Source: the human T2T-CHM13v2.0 reference genome, Homo sapiens
Assembly: GCF_009914755.1 (NCBI RefSeq)
Contig: NC_060927.1
Direction: 5' to 3' (one strand)
DNA length: 64,000 bases
This document shows, in pieces, positions 43,960 to 59,355 of this stretch (positions are counted from its first letter, which is position 1; the number at the start of each line of letters is the position of its first letter). A program made the translations under genes and the position numbers. The notes beneath the pieces were generated by a model. It was given only the letters and a program-made list of their open reading frames with translations, did not search any database and was not told the origin of the DNA.

Positions 43960-44282
43960 CACTTTACTCCCTTACTTTATTCAGGTCTCTGCTTAAGTGT
44001 CACCTGTTCAAAGACACCTCCCTGATATCTCTAAGCATCTTTTGTTTCTGTCCCTTTATCCTGTTTAATGTTTCTTCATAGAACTTGTTACTATCTAAAA
44101 CTATATCATAGATTTATGTTTGAGTATTGTCTACTTCTTCCACTCTCATATAAGCTCTAGGAAGACAAGATCTTTTTCTGTTTTGTTATGATTCTTATCA
44201 TCATGATTCACTGCTGTATACCCAGCACTTAAAACTGATCTAGGCACATAACACATGCCCAGTAAATTTTTGTTAGCTGAAT
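43960..44282 (+). mobile_element. L2a 3' end
   Basis: ttcaggtctctgcttaagtgtcacc...taagctc...ttcactgctgtatacccagcactt. Confidence 0.7.
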
Positions 44283-44987
44283 ATCAAAAGATCAGTGTTC
44301 TTATATTATGGATATGTAACTCAAGTAAAGGAACAAAGAACAAAGATGCTCCAGAAAGGACAGTGTTCTTTTAACTTGACTAGTGGAGCCAACATAGATT
44401 GACCTTATAAGGGTCTATTTGGGAACATGAGAAACACCCTCTCCAAATAACCTGCTTTGTTCTTTTCCAAAAGGCATACAACACAGATTATTGCTCAGAA
44501 CAGTGAGTTCATACCAAGAGCAGAGGGAGTAGAGAGCAAACAATAGTTTATATGAAGGTAAGAAGTAAGTGGCTGGAACGAAGGTTGCTACAAAAGCTTA
44601 TGGTCACGTGAGGAAAGTAATCTCAAGTTCTGGGGTAGCTTCACTTAAGAGGGACATAGTTTTTCAGAGAACAAGGGAAGAAGGCCTATGAAGCTCAGGG
44701 CAAGATGTACACACAGAACTAATTTCTCTCTTTTCTGCACACTCTGGGCACACACAAGTTAGGTAATTATTAGTTTATCTGATTTAAGTTGCCTCACTCA
44801 GAAATATTTCCCAAGAGTGAATGTGCTTTGTTTTTCTCTATATCACCAGCTTCTACTTCAGTGCCTAGTATTGTTGAGGCTCAGAAAACAAATGAAGGCC
44901 TCAGAATCAAAAGTTTTTTCTCTGATCTTCTCCTGACCTCCTGTCTCCCAGACCCATTCTGCCCGAAAGTGGGCCATAGAAATTATT

Positions 44988-46596
<1,609 letters not shown>

Positions 46597-46608
46597 CTAA
46601 AAATATTA

Positions 46609-46812
<204 letters not shown>

Positions 46813-47590
46813 ACCCCGTCCATAGAGAAATTATCTGACTTGCCTTGTTTGACTACAGGTCATGTAACTGCCCAATGTGTTCACCTTGCCTGCTGCCTAG
46901 ACAGAGCCCATTTATCAAGATTGGAATTACAGTGGAGAAAGAGTAATTCACACAGAGCCAGCTGTGCAGGAGACTGGAGTTTTATGATTATTCAAATAGG
47001 TCTCCCTGAGCATTCAGTGGATCAGAGTTTTTAAAGATAATTTGGTCGGCAGGGGGTTGCAAAGTGGGGAGTGCTGATTGGTCAGGTTGGAGATGGAATC
47101 CTAGAGGGTTGAAGTGAGTTTTTCTTGCTGTTTTCTGTTACTGGGTGGGATGGCAGAACTGGTTGAGCCAGGTCTGAGTGGTGTCAGCTGATCCAGCCAG
47201 TGCAGGGTCTGCAAAATATCTCCAGCATTGATCTTAGGTTTCACAATAGTGATGTTACCCCCAGGAGCAATTTGGGGAGGTTCAGACTCTTGGAGCCAGG
47301 TTGCATGACCGCTAAGTCAAACCATGAACTGAATTCCTTCCCAAAGTCAGTTCGGCCTATCCCCAGGAGTGAACAAGGACAGCTTAAAGGTTAGAAGCAA
47401 GATGGAGTCGGTTAGGTCTGATTTCTTTCTGTTGTAGAAAGTAAAAAGTTTCCTCTTCAAAGTTCCCCATCTTGTTAAAGAATAAATCATAAGTGTTAGA
47501 AATGGCAGTTTCTTGTAAAGACTAACTTTCTTCAAGCCTCCTTGCTTTGTGCTAATAACTCTTTGTTAAGCCCTATCCTATGTAACTGTT

Positions 47591-47612
47591 GGACATGCTC
47601 ACAAGCATGTTC
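47591..47612 (+). promoter_or_regulatory. p53 response element motif (two half-sites, 2-bp spacer) in LTR10
   Basis: GGACATGCTC ac AAGCATGTTC; both fit RRRCWWGYYY exactly. Confidence 0.5.
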
Positions 47613-47764
47613 CAGCTCACAGTCTATGCCCCTTCCTTATTTGGAAATGTTATTGCTTCCTTAAACCTTTTGTAAGCAACTTCTTTGTTCTTCCTTGCAC
47701 TTACCTATTTAGGAAAGTTTTAGGCTATTAGCAAATCGGGTATCAGTTTAAGATTGTGAGGTTC

Positions 47765-48085
<321 letters not shown>

Positions 48086-49079
48086 TTGTGAGGTTCAGCT
48101 CCAGCCAATGGATGCCGGACACAGCAGTAAGGACGATCCAAATGTACAAGGGATAAATATGTCCGCTTTTCCTTTGTTCAGGTGTGCTCTCACCATTGTT
48201 CCATCTGCGATTGAGCACCCTTTCTGCAGAAAGTAAAGATTGCCTTGCTGGGAGATCTTTTGTCTCTGTGCTGACTTTTCTTTGCCACACCAATTATTTC
48301 TAACAATTTTGGTATTTCTAACAACTGTCATAATTCCCTCAGTTATAATTTTGCATAGGTGGTTTTAGTCATAAGACCCCCATTGCAGAGAGGGGCCAGC
48401 CCCATAGCCAGAAGAAAGGACTGAATGCTCAGAGAGGCCAAGAAGAATCTAGGCAGACTTTGCTTGGTTTCCCACTCAGTCCATTAGCAGGAGATCTTAC
48501 CCTTTTTGTCCAATCATAGCTCTACACAGCTGTCCATACTTTGTTGAACCTAAGCATAAAAATGGGCAATTTCCCCTTTATCTTTGGGTCTTCATTCTGT
48601 AGGCTCTTTTGTATAACGTTAAATAAATTTGTATGACCTTTCTCTGATTATCTGCCTTATTGTGAGTTGATTTTTCAATGAACTATCAGAGGGCCAAGCT
48701 CTTGATCCCGACAGTATATTTCAGATTTCATTAAATACTTGTTAAATAAATACATGATAGACAACAATGTTATTTGTCGATAATTAAAATACCAAGATAT
48801 AAAATTGCCATTTCTTTAAACTTTTGGCTCACACATACCTTTTAGCAGAGATATAGCAGGATGGTTTAAAAAAAAGAAAGAAAGAAAAGAAAGAAATACC
48901 AGCTTTATATTCAGGAAATTCTGGCTTTTAATACTCTATATTAAAACCAAGATTCTGTTATGTAAGCCACCCGGTTTGTGTTACTTTGTTAGCGAAGCCC
49001 CAGGAAACTAATATAAAGGGCAAAATAGGGGAAGAGGGAGGGAGAGAAGAAAGACAGCAACATCAGCCTAGTAAATTGA

Positions 49080-49460
<381 letters not shown>

Positions 49461-49929
49461 AATTTCTTATGTTAACATAGCCTCAAGTTTCCCAAAAAAT
49501 AGTTAATACGTGTTCCTGATGTTTAAGTGTTTCTTTCCTGAGGAGGTAATAGATGAGAAACCTTTCCCTACAGTAGTGTTTAAGGGGGTCAGCATGGGTC
49601 TTCAGCAACATCACTTGTAGTACTTGCTTGAAATTCCCATTTCTGCTTCCACTGAACCTTCCAAATCTTGAGATTCCAGGAGCATGAATTTCTTACCAGC
49701 TCCCCAGGGGATTCTTTAAGAAAACCTCTAGCTAGCAGCCTTCTGCTCCCTCTGTTGTCCAAGTTATACGTTTGTAAGTTTTATTGGTTGGTTTTATGAG
49801 GAATATGTTCCTCCACATTCTACATTTTCCTTTGTGCTAAGAAAGGATCTAAAAACATCTGAAACTCTAACATTGTAATTGAAGCTGTGGATCAAACTGT
49901 AGAAATTATAAATTCATCTGGTTGTTTAT

Positions 49930-50665
<736 letters not shown>

Positions 50666-51076
50666 CTATGGGATGTAGGTTGTTTTGATGAGGGACAGTC
50701 TCAAAATGGGAGGAAGATTAGAATATATATATATATATATATAATAATACAAAGAAAAGGCTTATCTATGTGTTAACCGGGGAAAGTTTGCCACTTTGGT
50801 AGGAGAAAAAAAATTATAAAAATGGTCACTATATCAAGATAAATGCCCCTGTCTACAATGAAGATTTAATTATTGTAAATTTTTATGCAGCATCTAAATC
50901 CATAAGTCAACAACTTCTAAAAATGTAATGAGAAATAGGTAAAAATTTAATTACAGTAAGACTGTAGCTTATCTTTGAAAATTAATAAAAATAAAAAAAG
51001 TGTCCTACAGCCAAAAAACTTTAAAACTCTCTCTGAATTTGTTTCAGAAAAAATTCAAATCAAGTAAAGTAAATAG

Positions 51077-51497
51077 ATCCTTTTGTAGTTCATAACAGTG
51101 ATTACTGGGTTTTCACGTTCATGTGTGAGATGTGCCTTTCTTTTTTTTTGTTTTTGTTTGTTTGTTTTTTGAGACAGAGTCTCGCTCCGTCTCCCAGGCT
51201 GGAGTGCAGTGGCGTGATCTCGGCTCTCTGCAACCTCCGCCTCCCGAGTTCAAGCATTTCTCTGCCTCAGCCTCCCAAGTAGCTGGGATTACAGGCACCC
51301 GCCACCATGCCTGGCTAATTTTTTGTATTTTTAGTAGAGACGGGGTTTCACCATCTTGGTCAGGCTGGTCTTGAACCCTTGACCTCGTGATCCACCCGCC
51401 CCGGCCTCTCAAAGTGCTGGGATTACAGGCGTGAGCCACCGTGCCCGGCAGCCTTTTTTAAACCTTTTTACCACATCCGCACATTACCCATCTGACA
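51077..51497 (+). pseudogene. SNORD13: U13 (SNORD13) box C/D snoRNA retrocopy split by an Alu
   Basis: atccttttgtagttcat...tgtgtgagatgtgcc then Alu then aaacctt...gcacattacccatctgac, matching both U13 halves; box C altered (GTGATTA), box D CTGA 51492-51495; A-rich tail. Confidence 0.88.
51143..51449 (-). mobile_element. AluS inserted in the U13 retrocopy
   Basis: Reverse full-length Alu; short TSD gccttt(c/t)tt. Confidence 0.93.
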
Positions 51498-51632
51498 TGG
51501 AAAAAGAAAAGAATTGTAAATAATTTAGAAAATAACAATAAAATCACAATGCATGAGAAACTATGGGAAACCTCAAAAACCATGAAAAAAATTCATAACT
51601 TTAAACATTTTTAATATTAACCAATAAAGAGT

Positions 51633-52381
51633 TGAGGACTAAACTGATTTTTTTATCTTGCCCAAATTCCCATCTAAAGAGTCTGAGGAGTCATGCCCTA
51701 TAAACCATAAGTTCTCATCAGATGGGTTTTATTTAACCCTATATATCGTGGCTTTCCAACCTGACTCTAGCATAACATTATGAGACAAGGAAGAAAATTG
51801 AAATATTTCACCCCAAAACATGTTTATTTGCCATATCTTGAAATGGCCCTGCAAAGCTGTCCTTTGTGGGGGAAAATTTGTGTCTGTAAAGAATCTCTGT
51901 TAACGTAACTAGATCTTTTTCTTCCAGGCCCTCCCAATCCTAGAGATTAACTAAAAGTTTAGCACCTTTTAAAGATCTGAATATGAAATATTTGCCATCT
52001 ATTATCTCTAAGGGCAGCCACAATAAGACTTCAAAGGAACCTTGGCCTCCATAATCTTTTATCTTAACCCAAATATTTCCTTTCTGTCAGTCTCAGATCT
52101 TTAGACAAACTCAGCCAACTGTCAACCAGAAAATGTTTAAATTTACCTATAGCCTGGAATCCCACACCCCTGACTTTGAGTTGTATCATTTTTCTGGATC
52201 AAACCAATGTATTTCTAACATGTATTTGATTGATGTCTCATGCCCGCCTAAAATGTATAAAACCAAGCTGCACCCCAACCTTCTGAGGGCTGAGGGCTGT
52301 GTCACAGGTCATGATCACTCATATTTGGCTCAGAATAAATCTCTTCAAATATTTTATAGAGTTTGACTCTTTTTGTTGACA
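51633..52381 (+). mobile_element. MER4E-like ERV1 solo LTR within old L1M
   Basis: tgaggactaa...gagtcatgccct...ttctcatcagatgggttttattt; end ggctcagaataaatctc...gttgaca. Confidence 0.85.
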
Positions 52382-53136
52382 AAGCTTTTAAATTAAGCTT
52401 TTAAATCAAAACATTTTAGAAGAAGAAAGCTAAAGTAAACCAAAAGAAACATGAAAGATGAAAGTAAAAAACCATGAATTACAGAAAAAAAACAGAGAGA
52501 CAGGACTAATAAATACATCTAAGAACTGAATCTTAGAAAAACAATGAAATAGGTAGCTTAACTGGCTAATATAATTTTTAAAAGGCAATACAAAATGAAC
52601 ACATTTAGAAGTGAGAAAAATATACATGCACATAAAGGGAATTTTAAAAGATTATAAAAACTGGATGAAATAGATTATTTTAATATAAATTACAAGTTTA
52701 TACTAAATGTAAGTTAATTTACCAAAAATGACAGCAAAAGAGATGGACAAAACCAAGGACACAAAATACTACAAAGAAACTGAGAAAGTGATCAAATGGT
52801 TACCCTTTTAAAAACACTAAATTCAGACAATTTCACAGAGGGCTTCAATCAACTTCGGTCAAATCTACAAGGAACAAAGCTTGCCAGTGTTATTAAAATA
52901 GTTCCAAAGCATAAGGGAAAAAGGCTATTCAATCAGTATTTACAAAACCAGTATAACTTTGACACCAAAATCTGAAAATAATAACACAGAAAACTATAGA
53001 CCAATATTTTATGAACACTATTTAAAAATCCAAAATAAAATAATGGAAAAAGAAAACATCTATTAAAAAAAATGCAAAATGATCAAGGATTCAATGAAGA
53101 AATTTAAAAATTCAACATATTAAAAGATCAAAGGAA

Positions 53137-53436
53137 TGTCAACCTAAAGGAAAAAATTGAGGCCAACTTAACGTAAGTAGAGATTTTATTTGGACCAAGT
53201 TTGAAGACTGCAACTTGTGAACATAGATTTAAGTTGCCCTGAATATATGCTCTGATTAGCTACAGTTACAAGTAGGTTTCTAAAGAAAAAGAAGAAGCAG
53301 TTCCTAAGTTGCTTACCAAGTATTTTATATTAAAATCACATAAGCTACTGATAGGCTATACATTGTTCTTCATATCAAAAATTCCAGGAACATGAAAGTA
53401 ATGGGTGAGGCAGGTAGTCAGGAACAAAATGCCTTC
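53137..53436 (-). mobile_element. MER4-group LTR (LTR54/MER57-like), truncated
   Basis: Shares gcagttcctaagttg.ttaccaag...cataagcta.tgat.ggctata with the 57577-57999 copy. Confidence 0.65.
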
Positions 53437-53437
53437 C

Positions 53438-53720
53438 TTTTTTTTTTTTTTCCCCCACTTTTTAAAAGGCAAGGTCTTGCTATATTGCCCAGGCTGGTCT
53501 CCAACTCCTGGGCTCAAGTGATCCTCTTCTGCCTCAGTCTCCAGAGTAGCTGAGACTATAGGCATACACCACCATGCTTGGCTAATTTAAAAAAAAAAAA
53601 ATTTAGGAACAGGGTCTTGCTATGTTGCCCAGGCTGGCCTCCAAATCTTGGGCTCAATCAATCCTCCTGGCTTGACCTACCAAAGCGCCAGTATTATGGG
53701 CATGAGCTGATGTGCCCACC
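53438..53720 (-). mobile_element. Old Alu dimer of two left-type (FLAM-like) monomers
   Basis: Both arms read cttgctat.ttgcccaggctgg..tcca; the right-arm agtgcagtggc...cactgca insert is absent. Confidence 0.7.
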
Positions 53721-54207
53721 TCTGTACTCTTTATTTATCATCATACAAAATTAATACTTGAATACACACACAACTTCAAATCTCCTCCATCCCCCTCCCA
53801 GTTTTCAGCTCCCTTTCTTAGCTAATTTTTCCCAAAGAGTTCTTGGTGGTTACTACTTTTACATCTTCAGCTCCCACTCCTTTTTCAATCAGTTGTGATT
53901 GTACTTCCATCTCCACCACTCCACAGGCACTGTTCCCATCAGACTCAACACGACCTCATCTTGCCAAATCCAGTGGTCACTTCTCTGTCTCTGTCTTTCT
54001 TCAGCAAACACTCAGGGCTTTCAAAAAAGCTGACCACTTCCTCATTGAAATACTCTCTCCACCAAGCTTCTGCAACACTACACTCTCCTGTTTCCCTTCT
54101 AAGTTCTGCCTTCATGTTTTCAGGCCCCTCCTCCTCTGTTTCAGCTCTAAATACCAGAGGACCAGAGAGCTGTGTTCCTGTTCCTTTTCTTTGTAATTTT
54201 TAAGTCA

Positions 54208-55001
54208 TGTTACCAAACCAAACCAGGGTCTGCTCACTCAGTGCAGTAAAGCCAAACATCTACACCAAGGTTTTGCAGCAGGGGGGAAAAGAAGGCATTT
54301 ATCTGCAGGGCACCAAGCAAGGAGAATCAGGCAGCTCACACTGTAAGAGCCAACCTTCGCAATAGCTTACAAGCAAGAGTTTTTAAAAGCAGGGATAAAT
54401 TTCAGGGAAGTAGAAGTTACAGGCAGAATTTTAAGGCATATGTGGAGGTTATATATTGATTTGGCCTAAAAAGACAGTATATATTGAAGCAGGAACTTAC
54501 AGGTCATTGGTGGATTCGAGGATTTTCTGATTCGCAATTGGTTAAGGAAGGGAAACTTTGTCTAAAAACTTGGGATCAGCAGAAAGGAATGTTAGGTCTG
54601 GCCCATGGGTATGACGTCCTTTAGGCTCCTAAGGAAGAAGTTTAGAAAAAAGAACGGCAGTCAGAGTTCAGTTCTCAATCGCCCCTTATCTGAGGTCTAC
54701 ATGCCAGTGGATCCATTTGGCTGGGGTCTGTGTTTCTGAAAAGTAGCTCAGGGACATATGTTGAGATGTTGTCTTTAGTTTCTATAGGGAACCAAACATC
54801 TCAGGACTCTAACTACCTTGGCTATTGTTTTCAGCTACTATTATCTTCTTGCTTATCAAGTTGCTTATTTACTTCTCAGGGCTAGTGAGGCGGCTAGTTC
54901 ACTGCCTAGAATTTCCCCGGAAGGAACTCAATATTTTCCTCTATTTCCATGCTTGGCAAGGGGGGGAGGGGGGCCCTAAGAGGGATCCCTGCTCCGTTTC
55001 T
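54208..55001 (-). mobile_element. ERV1 MER4-group solo LTR (LTR48/49-like)
   Basis: Minus start GGAGCAGGGATCCCTCTTAGGG...CAAGCATGGAAATA; 4-bp TSD gtca. Confidence 0.7.
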
Positions 55002-55095
55002 GTCATGTGACCTTAGACGAGCAACTTAATCTTTCTGAGCCTTAATTTCCTCAACTATAAAATGAGAGTTAATAATAGTACCTTTCTCATATAAT

Positions 55096-56370
55096 TATAT
55101 CAAAGTCAAAATAAACATGTAGAGATGAATCCATAAATTTAATATTTTATTTGGGAAGAAAGAATTGCAATTTGGGCCATACATACAGACCTGGTGGTCT
55201 TCGGGTATGTCCGAATAGCAAAGAACGGCTTAGCAGTTTTGAAACGAGAAAAGTTCCCTTATTCCCCTCGCAGGGCGTGTGACGGGGGTGTGGCGCGCTT
55301 CTTCAGTGCCCCGCTGCTCACACCTCTAGGGGGAGCATACAGACAGACGGTCGGGTTGTGAGGCTAGGGGTTAATGTTTACAGCTGAAGCCCCAGTGGGC
55401 CTGTGTTACAGGGTGCTCTTTCAGTTTAGCCGTCCGTAGGCGGCTTGTGCTAGTCAGCTCAATCAGACACCCTGCCTTATCGCAGGGACAGAGGGCTTTC
55501 TGTATCATGGGGTTTCTTGCCCTGGTGTACCAGAAGAATCAGATCACACGTAGGCTTGGAGAATGAGTGCAAGGTTTATTGAGTGGAAGTAGCTCTCAGT
55601 AGATGGGGGAGCCAGAAGGGAGATGGAATGGAAGGTTGCTTTCCCCTGGAGCCAGGCCGCCCAGCAGCGGGGCTTACCTTATACCGCCCTGGCCAAAGTC
55701 CGTGTCCTTCCGCGGGTTGATGGCCTGCCGGCCTGCTGGCCTACCGGCGTCTGTCAGTATGTTCTTAGGCCAGTGCGTTCCTCTCAACGGCTAGGTGCTT
55801 GTGTCTTTTTCCACTGCTGTGATCCTCTCAATGTCCAGCCGCTGGTGTGTCTGCCCACTAGGGTCTCAGGGTTTTTATAGGCACAGGATGGGGGGATGGG
55901 GGCATGGTGGGCCAGGGTGGTCTTGGGAAATGTAACATTTGGACCTGAAAACAAATGCCTGTCCTCACCTAGGTCCGTGGGCACAGGCCTGGGGGTGGAG
56001 CCCTCGCCAGGGACCCGCCCTTCTCCGCCCAGCACTTCCCTGCCCTATTCCGATATCAGTTTTATAAAAAAGGAGAAATGTTATGTATTCTTCTTTGAGA
56101 AAGTTCATTGGCATAAGAAAGAATTTAGGGAGTCAGAAAGCTTCAACTGGTGAATGGTGGCTGTGGGCACAATTAGTGCTAGCCTTTGCAGCACGTTATC
56201 TCAGAAGATAAGAGATAAAACTGGTTTCAGGTTACAACAAGCAGTTTGGGCTTGCAGAGAATTACATTCTTTCAGCAATGTTGTACCCTGCGTGCTTGTT
56301 CCCCCTGGCTTCTCAACTCTGTTTTAGTTGTGAGTGACAAGAATGACCCAATTCTTATGATCAACTTTCA
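55096..56370 (-). mobile_element. ERV1-class LTR (subfamily unassigned) inside a MIR, split by LTR1
   Basis: Minus start TGAAAGTTGATCATAAGAATTGGGTCATTCTTGTC; MIR halves at 55006-55095 and 56371-56430. Confidence 0.6.
55240..56058 (-). mobile_element. LTR1-family (ERV1) solo LTR, CpG-rich
   Basis: TG...CA termini; perfect 4-bp TSD gttt; minus start TGATATCGGAATAGGGCAGGGAAGTGCTGGG; TATAAAAA 55879-55872; AATAAA 55580-55575. Confidence 0.8.
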
Positions 56371-56572
56371 TGATTGTTATGAGAATTAAACGAATTAACA
56401 CCTGTAAAGCATTTGAAACAGAACCAGCCAGGTAATGAGTCAGTGCTTCTCAAATTTTAAGGCATATTAGAATCACTTGTGGCTTTTAAAAATCTTGATA
56501 TCCAGCCCATATACCATAGCAATTAAATTAAAATCTCCAAAAAATTCTCTAATAACTAATTAGGCACAGGGT

Positions 56573-57382
56573 TTTATTGTTGTTATTTTGTTTTGAGACA
56601 GGCTCTTGCCCTATCAGCCAGGCTGGAGTGCAGTGGCATTGTCAGAGGCCTTTGAACCAGAGCAACTCCATCTTGAATAGGGGCTGGGTAAAATAAGGCT
56701 GAGACCTACTGGGCTGCGTTCCCAGGAGGTTAGGCATTCTAAGTCACAGGATCAGATAAAAGGTTGGCACAAAGTACAGGTCACAAAGACATGTACATTA
56801 ATTATATGCACTAACTATAATGCATTATCATGCTAAAAGATATGCCCAGCAGTGCCATGACAGTCTATAAATGCCATGGCAATTTCAAGAAGTTACCCTA
56901 TATGGTCTAAAAAGGGGAGGAATTGTCAGTTCTAGGAATTGCCCACCCCTTTTCTGGAAAACTCATGAATAATTCGCCCCTCGTTTAGCATATAATCAAT
57001 AAACATAAAAATCGGCAACCAGCAGCCCTTGGGGCTGCTGTGCCTATGGAGTAGCCATTCTTTTGCTTCTTTACTTTCTCAATAAACTTGTTTTCACTTT
57101 ATGGATATGCCTCAAATTCTTGCGTGAGATCCAAGAACAGCACAATCATGGCTCACTGCAGCCATCTTGGGTTCAAGCCATCCTCCCACCTCAGCCTCCT
57201 GAGTAGCTGGGACTATAGATAGGGGAAAGTCACCACACCCAGCTACCTTTGTTTATTTTTTGTAGAGATGGGGCTTCCACCATGTTGCCCAGGCTGATCT
57301 CGAACTTCTGGGCTGAAGCTATCCTCACACCTCAGCCTTCCTAAGTGCTAACATTACAGGCATGAGCTACTGCACGCAGCCT
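56573..57382 (-). mobile_element. AluJ split by MER41
   Basis: ggctggagtgcagtggcat then LTR then gcacaatcatggctcactgcagcc. Confidence 0.85.
56640..57139 (+). mobile_element. MER41 (B-like) solo LTR with internal deletions
   Basis: tgtcagaggcctttgaaccagagcaactccatcttgaatagg...ctatggagtagccattc...aataaacttg; TSD gca(t/c). Confidence 0.9.
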
Positions 57383-57576
57383 ATTTTTTTAATTCTAAGG
57401 TAACTTCAGTGTGAGGCTAAGGTTGAGAACCAGGATAGTAAGAGATATAAAAGTATGTCTTAAATGAATAAGATAAACCTGTGTCTCTCTGAAGCTTCAT
57501 CATCTGTGTCTGACACTTTTGTTGCCATTCACCCAATTTCTGAAGCCCAATGCCTAGGAGTGCCCCTTGATTCTCC

Positions 57577-57999
57577 CGTTAGCCTTAAATAATGAGGACC
57601 AGAAAAATTAAGTATAGAGTTTATAGGAGTCCAAAGCTTGAGGATGGCCACATGGGAGCATAGATTCAAGTTGCCATAAATATACACCCTGATTAGTAGC
57701 AGTTACTAGTTGAGGTTTTAAGGAGTAAAAGAAGAGGCAGTTCCTAAGTTGTTTACCAAGAATTTACATTAAAATAACATAAGCTAATGATTGGCTATAT
57801 ATTGTTCTTTGTATCACAAAAACAGGAAGAAAATGGATGTAGCAGCTAGTCAAGAACAAAATACCTTTAAACAATTGTCCCAGACATAGCGGAGAAGGTG
57901 ACTGAAGTCCCATACTCATGTTTCTCTGAGCCTGATAAATTCTGCATATCTCACATAGCTCAGACTGCTCTGAGCTATTTTCCTTTTTTCCTTTTCTCA
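57577..57999 (-). mobile_element. MER4-group LTR (LTR54/MER57-like) in L2
   Basis: Minus start TGAGAAAAGG...AATAGCTCAGAGCAGTCTGAGCTATGTGAG. Confidence 0.7.
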
Positions 58000-59355
58000 C
58001 CCTTCTCCCTCACATCTCATATCCAATACTAGTATGTATTTTTCTCGTCCATTCACTTCTTTTGACTTCCCCAAATCCACCCTGATCCAAGCTACAATCA
58101 TCTGTTTCCTGGGCCACTACAGTAGCCTCCTGGCTGTTCTCATTCCCTTTTTTGCTTCTCCATAATTCATTCTTCACAAGCAGCCACAGAATTTTTAATG
58201 CATATCACTCCCCTGATTAGAACTCCCCATTTGGCTTCCCATTGCGTTTTGAATAAATCCAAACTCCTCACCATGGCCTCAACAAGATCCTGGGTGATTC
58301 AACACCTTCCTACCTCTCTGACCTTGTCTGCTCCTGCCCTTTCCCATTTTTACAATTCTTCAGTCACTCTGGCCTTTTTTCTTTCCTCTGAGACCACAAT
58401 CTCACTCCCTGCCTCAGGGTTTTTACACTTCCTGGGATGCTCTGATGGCTCTCCCCTTTCCTGCATTCAAGTCTCACCTCAAATGTCACCTCATAGAAAC
58501 CCTCTCTGACCACTCATCTAAAGTATCCCCCACCTCAAGTCACTCACAGTCATGTCACCTTATTTTATTGTCTTCACTGTAGTTCTCACTGTTACAGGAC
58601 CAATGGGTTTGTATGTCCGCTGTGCAGTATCAGACTGATAGGCTGAGACAACAGGGTTTGCAGCAGAGAAAGAGTTTAATGATTGCAGAGTGGTCAAGTG
58701 AAAAGATAGGAGAAGACTCAAATCCATCTCCCCAAGATGTTCTGCGCTGGGGTTTTTAAGGGGATCATGGAGGGCAAGGGCCTAGAAAATTGAGGTCATT
58801 AATTGATCAGGTAAGCGTAATGAAATCATCAGGATGTGGAAATTGCATTCTTTGTTAAGTCAGCTTTTCATGGGGCCTCAGTGAGGTCCCTCAGACCAGT
58901 TGACATCAATAGTTTCACTGGTATGCAGGACCTGAAAGAATATCTCAAATGGAAAACAACATTTCACAATGTTTAAGTTGTTATCTACAGAACAGTTAAG
59001 TGGTGACAGGTCTGTGTGATTCTGGGGTAACAGGCAGTGAATAACTCTTAGTAGGCAGGTCAGAGAGTAAGCTGACCTCATGATTAATGGTGAATGTGCT
59101 GCGATCTTGCTTTATTTTTATTTCTCCCCCTCTTTTCTACTCTGATTAACTTTCTGAAGTCTATAGGGATGGTTTCATCATTATCTGAAATTATCCTGTT
59201 TATTTATTTGGTTACTCGTTTACTATCTCTCTCTGCTAAAATATATTTCATTTTAAAAAGAAACTTGTCTATTTTGTTCACTTCAGCATTGTAAGAACCT
59301 TGAACAGTGCCCGACACATATAGGCACTCCATAAATATTTTTTTGGATGAATGAA
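58000..59355 (+). mobile_element. L2 3' region, interrupted by LOR1
   Basis: tggcttcccattgc...aataaatccaaactcctcaccatggcc; 3' end acagtgcc...taggcactccataaatattt...gaatgaat. Confidence 0.75.
58590..59177 (-). mobile_element. LOR1-like ERV1 solo LTR
   Basis: Minus start TGAAACCATCCCTATA...GGGGGAGAAATAAAAATAAAGCAAG; TSD tca(c/t). Confidence 0.75.

Noticed and set aside
53137-57999. Two same-family, same-orientation LTRs as the ends of one provirus
   Set aside because: The DNA between them contains older L2 and MIR sequence and no gag/pol, the copies are quite diverged, and there is no shared TSD.
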